Assembly: GCA_000165425.1 (NCBI GenBank)
Contig: CT868585.1
Coordinates: 186,001-250,000 of the forward strand
Length of the DNA stretch: 64,000 nt
Direction of reading: 5' to 3'
DNA from: Paramecium tetraurelia
Taxonomy: Eukaryota
Each line of letters begins with the position of its first letter. Position 1 is the first letter of the stretch. The position numbers and the translations under genes were made by a program. Shown piece by piece: positions 1 through 14,373 of the stretch. Below the pieces are notes generated by a model. The model was not told the origin of the DNA. It saw only the letters and a list, made by a program, of their open reading frames with translations, and searched no databases.

Positions 1-509
1 TGTCCCTTGCTGTCTCTGATTTCAATCACGTGGTATTCAACTCTGCCTAATTTTAGAAGATCCCCCTCTTACAATGTATAACCCTTTACTGTAATAAATA
101 TTAATACCTTCTAAACACCGTCGGCATTTTTTAAACTACGAACGATTAAAAAATTTTCATTTTCTGCTGAGTTTTGATTCGGTTGAATAAAATATTAGTC
201 TGAATATTAATAATTTATATACCTCCCTAAGCTTAAATGGATGTTAGAGGTAAGTTTGCTTCATCCTTAGCCTTTCCATCTTGTATAACTATTTCATTCT
301 CTATTATAATAATAACACTTTCAAACCTTCTCTGCTGACTTTGCATGATCCTTCAACCCTATGTTTTTTAACGCTTAAAGATTTCGTCTCATAATCAAAC
401 AATCCGTGAGAATCCTTTTGCCAAGTAACAGCTTTCATTTCCACACTACATATATAATGATTATTTACTAGTTCTTGTTCTTCGATATAAAAGGAAGAGT
501 AGTTGTCAT
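1..509 (-). CDS. FHA-domain protein, 5' part (runs off window); ciliate FHA/RING-CH-type family
   Basis: Reverse strand gives MKAVTWQKDSHGLFDYETK and YTLQEGDLLKLGRVEYHVIEIR (FHA terminal strands); several small GT..AG introns. Confidence 0.7.
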
Positions 510-1108
510 TTATTCTTAGTTTTTTTTTGATTTAATATATATTATTATTCATTTTAAAAACTCATTTCTACCTCAATATTAATATCATCTCGTCATTATA
601 ACTTGTTAATTTGCAATTCTCAAAGCTCAGTCCCATCAAAGCAAAAACCTTTGAAGTCATGCTCCCTCCAATATTTTCCCATAGCTAAATACCCTCTCAC
701 TACACCACCCTTTGAAATAACTACCTAAACTAGTGTGATAATGCAAAATCAAATAGTAGTCCTGCGATTTGAGAAGGAAATTATAATAAAATATCATATT
801 TCCATAATATAGACAATATGGAACTAATTTGTTTGTAGGCTATGGGAATTGATGGCTTTGAGTATTTTAGATAAATTATTCTGATTTGATCAATTTTCAT
901 TATGAAAAATGTGATAATTTAAAATTTATTTTCTAAAAATAGGTTATTAGATTTGTCATTCCAAATTACAATGTCACAAGATTACCATTTATTTATGATA
1001 TCTAATATTTGATAGTCGAAAATCAAATCGAAATTATTAAGAATAAACAAAGTACTAATGGACTATATTTAACTTAGGTTTCAATATTGAAAATTTAATA
1101 TTTAATTA

Positions 1109-2944
<1,836 letters not shown>

Positions 2945-3853
2945 CTTTATTTATTTATATTTATTTCTTGATTTTAAATAAAGCTTAAAAGTCAGCACAG
3001 TTGGTTAAATTATCAGTCTAGTTTACTGATAAATTACTCGGTTTATAATTGGACGTTGACTCTAATGCTGTTTTGAAAGACAAAATTTAACTAGTGTAAT
3101 AATCATTTACATCTAATCATTTTAGTAAGCAAATAAGTTCTATTCTTCTAGAAAAACTGAAAGATACACTGTATTTATGAATAATATTCAACCCTTATTA
3201 ATTAATCTATTTGTAAAAGAAAAACTTAAGATAAAAGGAAAATAGGAATAGTATAGATTCTTGAGCAAAATGTAAAAATCAAGTTCAATAAATAATGTAT
3301 TTGCATTTGGGCAGTAAAAAGAGATGCTGACTGTTTCAATAGTTTAAAAGATAACAATCAAATATGATGATTGATAATAGATAATTTAAGACATTTAGAG
3401 TCAATAAAGAAGACTTATCAGAATTGAGATTTTTTCGAAATCCACCATTAATCCAAGAATCATTCAAAATATAATTTGAATGTATCAAAAATATAAGAAT
3501 CTAACCAAGTTAACTACTTAATTCGATATTATTAATAATCAGATAATATTAGTCATTCGAATGCTTGATATTCATATGATTATATGATTTTTAAGGATGC
3601 CAGAATCAATCAAATAGGACACAATAAGTTATGGATTTGGTCCATTCCAAAAAGTAAAATGGTAAAGATATGGTTAATATAAATGATACACATCAAAAAT
3701 AGTGAATGGACCTCGATAACATTGTACAATACTAAGGTACTGGTATAATTGTAAGTCTTCTTTATTATAATTTCTATATTTAAATAATAAGTTATTAATA
3801 ATATTGTATTATGTTTTAACATATTATTAATTTCCGAAAATATAATAATTTAA

Positions 3854-4419
3854 ATGGGATAGTAAAATTCAAATGCAAAACTCAGTTAAAATATCTTAGT
3901 TTTTGGAGTCAATATGTTACTAGATGAGAAGCTTTTGGGTTCTGAGTGGTAAAAAGATTAAAGTATCAATTTGTATTGACTATTCTAGTTAATTCTTGTT
4001 AGGATTTTACCTTGTACAAAAATATTAGCGAGAAACCTAATTAACTATTATGGTGTCCAAAAAGGAGTGAAATAATACAAAAATCAATTGAATCTATAAT
4101 ATTAAATATTGAATTTGAAGGTGTTTTGTATGTTTTTGAACAAACTCAAGATCATAAGGTCTTGAATGAACATCGAAAATTGATAAAGTGGTTAATGAGT
4201 GAAGATTCTATGAGATAATGCTCAATGATTCTATTGTGTGTGTCTAAGTCAAGTGATTTAGCAATCAATATTAAATCGCAAATAGAAATAGAACTAGATC
4301 TGGAATCTATGGATTCTAAATAAGCGAGAAACTTGATCATAAAATAACAAGATAAAGAAAGTACTCTATAATTTAAAAAGATTATATCATAATTGATTAA
4401 AATGAAGAATGAATCATGA
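3854..4419 (+). CDS. Highly divergent Arf-fold protein (putative pseudo-GTPase)
   Basis: Open after one 26-nt intron; MGQQNS..ILVFG..QLLW..GVLYVFE..LNEHRKLIKWLMSEDSMRQCSMILL..IEIELDLESM follows Arf secondary-structure order; G motifs absent. Confidence 0.55.
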
Positions 4420-4443
4420 TATATTTGATACAATTTTTAACTT

Positions 4444-5385
4444 TCAGTCTATGCATAATAACAAAATAGCAAGTTTGCTTAAAATAGACGCTGAAAGGTA
4501 TATAATGACGATCTGATTTTCATATTCCACATAGCCATCCTTCTATTGTTCTAAAATCTTGGGTTAGAGTACGGAGCAAACTTAGCATTTATTATCGACC
4601 CACTTATAATTTGAAGCAGTCTCTCTCGAACAAGTTTCTATATCCAAATGTTAGGCATTCGTAGCTTCAATACATTGACCATTATTCCAAACGCATAAAT
4701 AAAAGGTTGATTTTCCTTGTTTCACTATTCTCGCATTTGTGCAATCCTTCTCCTACTTTTTATCACTGCAAGTTATTGACACACAATTTCCTTAAGCATT
4801 CTTTTTACACTCAATAAGATTTACATCACATATTTTGTATCCTGTAAGTGATGTACAATCAATTAAATTCTACCCTTTGCATTAATTATCATTACTCCAT
4901 AAGCATTCCTATTCCCCAGATTCAACACCTCTACAAGTTTTTTCACTTGTGTAATTTTTGCATTGTTGTAAACCATCAATACATGCATTATCCTAAATGG
5001 AACATTCCTTATCATAAATTGGACAATGCTGTTCATTGTAATCTGGACAACTTGTAAAAGTATTACACATTTCAGTAGAATTCCAAAAGCAATGTGGTTT
5101 GAGTCTACCGCAATCATATGAACTTTTGAATTAACTGCATTCAAATCTTTAAGCTTCATATTTATTTGTATCACTATTCCAGTTGCACGTATAAGATTTA
5201 ATATCAGTTGTAATATCCACTTAACATTCATAAACATAATCCTAGCACTTTGAATTGACCCATTTGCAATTCATTATTGTATTGCAATCTTCCTAAACCT
5301 TAATCTCAGAACAAGAGCATCTCAGATTAGAATCAACTATTATGCTATTTCCATTCGCCAAAAGTGTTATAAAGTAAAATATCAT
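4444..5385 (-). CDS. Cys-rich GPI-anchored 'mini-antigen' type surface protein
   Basis: Signal peptide MIFYFITLLANG, CSCSEIKVQEDC, repeated C-x-W motifs, hydrophobic C-terminal tail SILSKLAILLLCID*. Confidence 0.85.
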
Positions 5386-6024
5386 TTATATATTTATTTA
5401 TATAATAAAATTCTATTTCGTATTCAAATACCCTGATGGGAAATTTGATATCAATTATCTTATATCACTCTTTTAGCTTTCAAATTTTCTATTCAAAATA
5501 GCCTCTAATTATTGAAAAAAATAAAGAATAAATACCTTTAAATTCAAGGAGTAATAGAGTTTTCACACAGAAATGTAATCATTTGCAGAATATTTTCTGG
5601 CAATAATTTAAGTGGAGTCCAAATGCATTTATCTAACAATTTGATATTGAAGTAAGAATCATTTTCTAATTTGGAGTAATTAAACAATCAAATTAAATAT
5701 ATTACTTAAAATATAATAATATTTCTGAATATTAATCTTTTGTATGATAGTTGTTTTCTATTGCAAATGAGCCAACATTATTTTTGTTAATTCATATGAA
5801 AAATAAATAGAATTAGCACATATTTCATATTTTAATTAGAACTCTTAAGTTAGATGATATTTCACGAAATAACCTTGAATAATATCCTTAATTATATATT
5901 AGACTCCTAATCAGTTTTAATAGATTGAATTAGTTTCTATATTTTGATAAATATAATAATTTTTTAACAATATTAGTTGCCAAATGAATAAAAATATATT
6001 ATATTAAAATTTATATAAAATAAA

Positions 6025-6533
6025 ATGGTACATAAGGAATTCGGGGATATCTTTAAAAGATTCATATAAATTCCAATTATAAAAAACACTTATGCAGAAC
6101 ACTTTTATTCAGCATTTCAATTTTTGCCAGGACATGCTTTAGAAAGAAACTCTAACCATCTGATTTTGAGATACAAGGTTCCTTAGGAGATTATGAATAT
6201 GAATGGATCTGTTCATGGTGGTGCCTTGGCTACTATTTTGGATTGTGCCACAACTATAGCCATTTTGAGAGGAGACAGAAATCTATCTAGAACAGTCAGG
6301 TATGTATGAATATTAAATTTAGTATTGAATTGGGATTGTCATTTATCAGTCCTGCCAAATTGAATGATTCTCTTATTGTACATGCAGTTTGTCAAAAAGT
6401 AGGTAAGAATGTTGCTTACTCAATTTGTGATATATACGAGGAATCTGGGATGAAATTAGTCACAACAGGCAGACACATCAAGGCTGTATTGCCTGGAACA
6501 TTTTTTGATTCAGATTTTAAAAAGATATCATGA
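6025..6533 (+). CDS. Hotdog-fold acyl-CoA thioesterase (PaaI/ACOT13-like)
   Basis: NMNGSVHGGALATILDCATT, SIELGLSFISPA, TGRHIK; one intron near 6299-6322. Confidence 0.9.
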
Positions 6534-6658
6534 AATATTTATAATAATTTATTCTAAATTCCATAATATAAAAACATTCGAATGTGTAAACATTAAATAT
6601 AAATTTTGTTTCATATTATTTTTTGAATATACAGATATATAATATTATTAAATTAGAT

Positions 6659-8012
6659 ATGAAACATCGCAAAATTGATCCACCTGAGCAAGACTCTGTC
6701 AGTTCTGGCTATTCGACACCTGATGAGAAGAGTGTGCAAAAGCAGGCTAAAATCAAACACTTGCGAAAACACGCATTCGTCAATCGGATATCATTTTTGG
6801 ATGATATGGACAAGGATTCTGAATTGAATAAGAATAGATTGGTTGGGTTCTACAATATGTTATATGTCGTGGCCTTCTATTACTTCATCATAAATCCTAT
6901 CATGACATATTGGAAGACCGGTTAATGGATCGAAACCTCGTTGTATAATTAGATGCGTCGAGATCTGTTCATGTGCATTGTAACCTGGCCTTTGGTAATT
7001 GATTAATCATTATGAGTAGTTCTATGCTTGGAGTCACATAGCCTTGTTGATTCAATATTTAGCAATGATGAACATTCCAAAGGTGTTAATCTTTATAATC
7101 CAACACGTCAGTCAGATTTGCATGTTTGTTTATGCTCATTATTTGGTCTTAACTCGAGATTGGTACTTACCTTAAGGTGCCTTTGTAACATTTCAATCTT
7201 GTGTGTTCTTCTTCAAGATGCATTCCTACACCATGACAAATTACAAAATGAGAAGAGAGTGGATTGATTAAGGTTGTCCAAAAAGTAATGATCCTTTCAG
7301 TTATCCAAATAACATTAATTTTAGGAATTTCACCAAATTTATAATGACTCCTGCTTTGGTTTATGAACCTCAGTATCCACAATCTGGCAAGATTAGATGG
7401 TGGTATGTAATTGTTAAATTTATAAACACCATATCAATGTTAATTATGGGATATATGATTGTATCCAATCACATTTATCCCATAATTTTGAAAGTAAATG
7501 CCTTATCTTTGGTTGATTCCATATTTTAAATGACTTTGCCTTTGATATTTTTGTGTTTAACATTATTTAACATGATCTTTGAGAATTATTGTAATTTTTG
7601 GGCTGAACTTACTCATTTTGGAGATCGTTAATTTTACACTGATTGGTGGAATTCAACAGATTACGAAGAGTTCAATAGGAATTGGAATAGACCAGTTTAT
7701 GAATTTCTGTATCGACATGTGTATTTGGAACTCATATTCGAATTTGGTTTTGGAGTAAAGAAGGCACAATTAGCCACGTTTCTATTTTCAGCCATGTTAC
7801 ACGAGTATACGTTGGCAGTGAGTTTGAAATAGATTACTCCGATAATGGTGATGTTTATGATGATCCAAATTCCGGTGATGTTGTGTACTAAGAGGATAAA
7901 GGGAACTAAATTTGGTAATCTATTTTTCTGGTGGGGGATCATTTAAGGATTGCCATTAATTTTAAATTTATATCTTAGATTCAATGAATTGCCAAAATTA
8001 TTGTTTGAATGA
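6659..8012 (+). CDS. MBOAT acyltransferase (sterol O-acyltransferase/DGAT1 family)
   Basis: FKMHSY, PALVYEPQYP, AELTHFGDRQFYTDWWNS, WNRPVYEFLYRHVY, FSAMLHEY (catalytic His), GNLFFW. Confidence 0.93.
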
Positions 8013-8040
8013 GTATTATGTAAATAATTATCAAATATAA

Positions 8041-8393
8041 TCAATTCATTTTCTTTAATTCATAACTAAGCAACGCTTTTTGCAGAAGAATGTTACCTTG
8101 ACTGATCTTCAGTTGCTGCTCTATTTACTACTTTAGTATTTGACGATGTTCTTCCATTCGTTTTAAGAATGAATTAGTTTGTTGGTTTATGAATCCAAAA
8201 ACTTGGGGTTTCTTCTCATCTTTAATAATTTAAGAATATTGATTGAAAATTCTTTGAGCCTCACTTTGCATCAACTATTTGGTATCAAACTTTGGTTCAC
8301 CATATTGCAAAACGAAATTGGCTATCAATAAAGTAATCATAGTTAAATACCATCAGATAATTTCAGTTTTTTAACAATAACATCCTCAGTCAT
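8041..8393 (-). CDS. Small hypothetical protein (about 107 aa)
   Basis: MTEDVIVKKLKLSD, canonical 29-nt intron GTATTT..GATAG, then open to KKMN*. Confidence 0.65.
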
Positions 8394-10450
8394 TATATTA
8401 TTAAAATATAAAAGATAATCATTATAATCGATAATTTGGATTAGAAGTTTTCATTTGTGGGTACTTATAGAGAATAAATTTATTGGATTTTGCATTCATC
8501 GTTTCTCTTGCAAGATACACAATATTTGTCATGAAAGAATTTAGATCCTGCACTATACAACAAGCAATCTTTTTGATTTGTAGGCAAGACTTCTAAACAG
8601 ATATCTCCAAATAGTCTACAATATTTGTAGTCCTACAATTTGAACCCTTTAATAGGTTTGCATTGGGTTGAAGTCAAATCCCTACACTCTAGATTTTAAC
8701 AACTATTTTTAGTATCATTTATCTTCACCTTCTTACAAATATTATCGAACTATAAGCATAAGTTGTCATCAAGTTCAGAACAAGCAGTAATAGAAGACTT
8801 AATTTAATCTAATTTATATTGAGCGCAACTCCCTTCTAAACCAATTTATGTTTCATTTAAGAAAACACAGCTTTTTTTCATTTGACAAGTGCCATCTTGA
8901 TATATGTAATAGTCACTCATTAATTCACATTCTATTTAGAGTAATCCCTATCTCTCCTTGTAATTTAGACATTTACTTGTTTTATAATTCCAAACACATG
9001 GTTGATTTAAAATATCTTTGTAACAAGTGGCCTCACTTGTATAATTGTCACAACTGAGAAATAGAGTTATGCATTTGCTATTAAAAATGGCACAACCACG
9101 ATTTTATAAACAATATTTCTGCAAAATCTAATCTCCATTCTTATCATTATAAATTTAAGGACAGTCTAAATCTATTAGATCCACACAATTATTATTACGA
9201 TATACACAAGATGGTTTCAATTACAAACAGGAAGATTGATTTGATAATTATGAACATCTAGTAGCAAATTGACAATAATTCTTATCTTCATTCCAATAAC
9301 AGGGAATAGTAGAAGTTGATTACTAATTCTACACACATTCTAATTGAGTACTAGCAAATAGACATTCCTATTTATTGACAATACATTTGTAACAAAGACA
9401 ATCGGTAGATATTTTCATAATATTTTTACAGCCTTCCTAGCCTATTTGATAACAACCTTCATTCTTTTGTTCACATACATTTATACTTTGACAATAATCC
9501 TCATATAATTCCAAATCACGATATTATTATTAATTTTTATCATTTTAACAATCTAATTTAACGCATTGATCCTTTTCTAATATGCAAATTCCATCCTTTC
9601 CCACTGAGCCTTTGCATTAAGATTTTGAATATTCAGAACAGTATTATAATGGAACTAGTGTGCAACTCTTGCCATCAAAATAACAATCTTATTCTATTTT
9701 ATTTTAACATTATGATTTCTTAGTGGCATTACTGGATACACATCTTTATTTCTATTGACATAGACTATTTCTATCAAGAAAACAATCTGATCGATAAGAT
9801 TTGCATTAACTAGTTTAGTACATTCCACATGTTTTAGCCATGCAATTTGTTGCACTATCAGATTACGTACACTATCCATCTCCTCCAATTAACTTCTGGC
9901 AATTCTCTTTTGTTGTTTAATATTGACTACAACTTCCTAAAGCTTCTACGCAAAATATTCCATTAAAAATGCATTGGCTCGAATATTTAGGACATCCTTC
10001 TTTACTTCGCCAAGCCAAACCAGCCGCACTACATGCTCTTTGATTAATTAAGCCACCCTTAGAGTCATAGTCAGGACTACGAACACATCCTTGTTTCGTA
10101 TTATCCCAAATACAAAGATAGGATATATTCAAACAATCTTCCTCGGAATATGACTGATAAGCATCACACCCTAAAAATCTGGTACAAATATTATTGTAAT
10201 ATGAACAACCATAGGTTATTGAACATTAATCCTTATTCTATGAACAGAATTGAGTGATTTAAGACGGATAGATATTTATTTATGGCTTAATATATCCTTT
10301 AATGCAAGTTTTGGTTTCCTGTCTCCAAGAACATAAGGGTCTAAGTTAATCACATTCAGTAGCATCTGTAAAGATCTTACAGCCTTCAGAACAAAAAGTT
10401 TAGGACTAAGATTTCACATTTGCAATAATCAAGAGTAAAATGGTTATCAT
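8390..10450 (-). CDS. Cys-rich GPI-anchored surface protein (surface-antigen-like repeats)
   Basis: Signal peptide MITILLLIIA, periodic Cys/C-x-W repeats, C-terminal SKLSIIMIIFYILIIQ*. Confidence 0.85.
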
Positions 10451-10510
10451 AATTTTTGTATTTTATAACAAATATAATAAAATTTAATATTCAAATACAA
10501 ATTTTATTAC

Positions 10511-12604
10511 TCAAGAATTTTTGAACGATGATACTTTTTAATCTCTATCCTCTTCAAGAGCACAGTAATTATTAATTTATTAGCATGAAGTACCTTGACA
10601 ATTAGATGAATTCAAACACAAATTACCATCCCAAAAACAAAAAGTGCTAATTGATTTATAGCAATCTTCCTCCTTCTTGTACAAACTACATCTCGATTTT
10701 ATAGTAATACAATTGTTTTGGTATGAGATACACATATTTTTTCTACAAGCCTAAGGATTCATGCACAAATATTTTGAATCACATTTATCACTAGTTAAGT
10801 CCTCACATTTTAGTAGTTAACATTAATTCAAATTCCATTTACAAAGACTTGAATCCAATTAGAAATTGCAAGATTCTTCTTATGCATAATCAGAGCATGT
10901 TTCCTAAGCATAGTCGCATGTTTTCTTGTTTGTGTTACAGACAGGCGAAGCTTAATAACACTTCTCTTTGGTTTAGAATTAAATTTGTGAACAGAATGTC
11001 ATTGGTTGACACTCCGAATTTACATTTACACATTGAACATTATCAAATTACTTCATACTTTAACAATAGTAACTATAATTTTTGCATAAAGATTTTAAAC
11101 GACAATTTTTAGTATCAGAACAATACATTAGTTTATCAGAAAAATGCCTACAGAAAGTATCTCCGTCTTCATTTAGGTTTTTTATTAATTCTGTGATATC
11201 TTTTGTAATCTCGCTGGCTTCATAGCATTTTTTATTTATGTAGAAACAATTTTGTTGTGCACAATCATAACTATCCAAACCTTCACAAGAAATATATTTT
11301 CTATTTTAACAGGATGTACCAATATATCTACACTCTGTTAAATTGTTACATTGATAACTATCATTATTAAAGTCTTCGCATTTTCCAGATCGACAAGAGT
11401 CAGACTCCCAAATACAAATATGTTATAAATCAGTAACATTCTTAGAGTTATTTGTACATTGTTCTTTTTACTAATAGCCATAACATCCAAATATTTAAAC
11501 ACAACATCCATTAATATTTTTTGAACAAGGGATATATTTACAACCTAAATTCAACTTAGCACATGCATCTTCTTCAGAGTTATAACTTAAAACATAATCA
11601 TCACATGAGTTGATTGGTACACAATTTTTGTTATTCCATTAGCATTTTTTTAATTCTATAGTCTCCATCGAATTACATTCATATTATGTTAGACTGGTAT
11701 TGCATTCACTTCTTTATAAAGCATTATTATTGTTCTTTACAAAAAATGTTATTTTCTAATCATACTTAAATATGTTAATGCCAAAGCATTTAGATATTGA
11801 CAAATAACTATTGCTAGATTTATCTTGCATTTCTATCAAACATTTCCCCACTTACATCTTATAATCTACTTCAAGGCATAACCCCTCGAAATAGTCATCG
11901 TTATACACACATTAATACCCATTTTAACCGAAGTGTTCTTGACATTTTTCGTAACTATCCTCCATATAATTATAACAGGATGCATTCATACATCTTTACT
12001 AAATAGAATTATATTGACATCTGCCTGTGAGGGGTATAATTGAATTGCAATTTGAGATGTATGAAGAGCATTCTAATAATTAAGTTTTGCATTCTATTCC
12101 ATCATATTTGCAAACACTATGAAATTTTTAGCATATTAACGATGAGATTTCTTTTTATTGGTTTACTTTTTCACATCCTGCGAATTAGCATTTATCTTCT
12201 TTCCACTCGCATGAATCTTTACTGCCCATTTAATGATCAATATAACCACAATACTTTTACTCAGTAATTTATAAACAATTGATTGGTTTTTGCACACAGA
12301 CAGGTTAATCGCTAATTGAAATGCAATTAATTGATATTCTTGGACAGTTCGCACCATAATTCTAGTAGGCTTAACATCCAAAAAAAGGTTCACATTTATC
12401 ATCAAAGAAGGCACATGTTGGATGCTATCGACATTATTCATAGGTCAATTTGTTGAGATTGCAATAATTATTGCTCTGTTTGATTTGGCAACTTTCATTC
12501 TTCCATTCACAAGAATTGATGCAGCTTTCCTGATTGAGAATGTACTGGCATTGTTGGATTTGTTGTATTGAGATGTGGAGGAGTGAAAATATAATTATAA
12601 ACAT
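10511..12604 (-). CDS. Cys-rich secreted/surface protein, same repeat class as the neighbour at 8390-10450
   Basis: Signal peptide MFIIIFSLLHIS, QCQYILNQESCINSCEWKNESC and repeated C-x-W units; ends SSFKNS* with no obvious GPI tail. Confidence 0.8.
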
Positions 12605-12676
12605 AAATTAATATAAGTTTATTCGTCATAATTTGTAATGAATATTTTTTAAAATATTTAAAATATTCTATTAAAT

Positions 12677-13858
12677 ATGCAATAATCAATCAAACTCAGA
12701 ATAAACTTAATCTTAATTCTATTCATCCTTATTGTACCACTTTGCACTCTACGAATTTGCCTTTAGATTCCTAGAAACTCAAGACCTCCCAAAATTATAA
12801 TCTCAAACAAATTACTTTTTTTAACATTGCAAATCCATAATACGGCTCATAATACAAAACTTCTGTTAAATTCTATCACCTGATTAAGATATTTTTGATT
12901 AAAATAATATAAATATCAAGAAATCAACTAGTTCCTTTGTGTTGGAGGTGAAAAATATCGCTTTTTGCTTATCGTTTTTACTATTTAATATAATTACTTT
13001 ATAAGATAAGATTTCGTTAAATGATAAAACCTTAGGACGTCAAAGAGGAAGAAAAACGAATGATAACACCAAATGAGTTACCTGGCATTGTAAATATTAC
13101 TAAATAGGTTAGATAAAAGTGGAAAAATAAGGTAATTCTACCATCCCAGATTCGTAGTATTAGAGAACCTTAGAAAAGTTTTATTTTGCTTTGCTAAGAC
13201 TATAAGAAGCTTAATATTTAGACTAAAACGAAATGACTCCAAAATATCCCTTTGTTTTTCAGTACTAATTCAATTAGATTATGGTATACTTCTAGTTAAT
13301 TTTTTGTAGGTTCATCTAGGAGGTCATTAAGTTTAATAAAAATTGATAGAAGATTTGAAAAAATATGACTATTAACAACAATTTTACTAGAAGACCAAGT
13401 CTGTGCCTCAACTAAAACTCTCTGTTTAAAAGAGAAAGGGTTTTTCTACTTTAGAATAAAAGGACTCTAAAAATATCCCTAAGAATTATTGTAAGGCAAT
13501 AATCAGTTATGCACAAAAAAATCAAACTCTCTGTCAAGAAATACTGAGAGAAGAATTAAAAGTAGCTAAATTTATAGAATACTTAACAAGCCAAAAGAAA
13601 AAGCCACTAAATATAAGAGTATTCAAAGCTTTGTTATAATAATGCGATGATCCACTTTAAGATGAATTCAATCGAACTTTTAGGATAATAAGGTAACTTA
13701 TTTCTATTAAAGTTAGTTAAATCTTTATTAAAAAATATGCCATAAATTATATTTATAATTCAAAAATTGTACAGCATAATTGGCATATTAGATATAGATA
13801 ATAAATATTTAAGGGAATAAGAAACCCAAAAAGATTTTCCCATATAAAGAAACTTTGA
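12677..13858 (+). CDS. Ciliate-specific hypothetical protein (KNIPKNY motif family)
   Basis: KNIPKNYCKAIISY and YAINYIYNSKIVQHNWHIRYRQQIFKGIRNPKRFSHIKKL*; several small introns. Confidence 0.7.
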
Positions 13859-13940
13859 AATATTATAATGTAACTAAGTTTGAATGATCTTTTTTGTAAA
13901 TAATCAAATCCACAAATCAATTCTATAAAATATAAATATT

Positions 13941-14345
13941 ATGGATTAAGCAGTGAATGCTGTCTGTCTTATCTTCATAGAAATTGAAATGGATCTGAAT
14001 AAATATGTTTCTGAAGGAATAATTCAATTTAAAAAAGAAGAAAGTAAGAACTAAAGTATAGAAATAAACAAAATTTTGATTAGTTCAAAAATAATATTTG
14101 ATTATAAATTATAAAAACATTTAAACTTCCACTTAACTTCAATACACATAAAAACTTTCGAATTCGACCTTTGTCAATGAAGGTTCCTCATCCGATTTAC
14201 ATTTAAAACCTTTTCGTGAAAAGATCTAATAAACTCTTCAATTTTTGTTGGAACATCTTTCAAATCGTGTAAAGTTGTCAAACTTAATTATTTTTATAAG
14301 TCAACAAAATTTAAGTTAAAGAGAAAAAAAATAGAATACAAAATG
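13941..14345 (+). CDS. Possible small hypothetical protein
   Basis: ATG after AT-rich leader; open segments in two frames need an intron I could not place confidently. Confidence 0.3.
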
Positions 14346-14373
14346 AAGTTAATGAAAATATTATTAAATTAAT

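Noticed and set aside
2950..3822. Possible minus-strand membrane protein, or TGA read-through (selenoprotein)
   Set aside because: All frames contain TGA, I could not place introns consistently, and there is no redox motif or SECIS-like structure; possibly a decayed gene.
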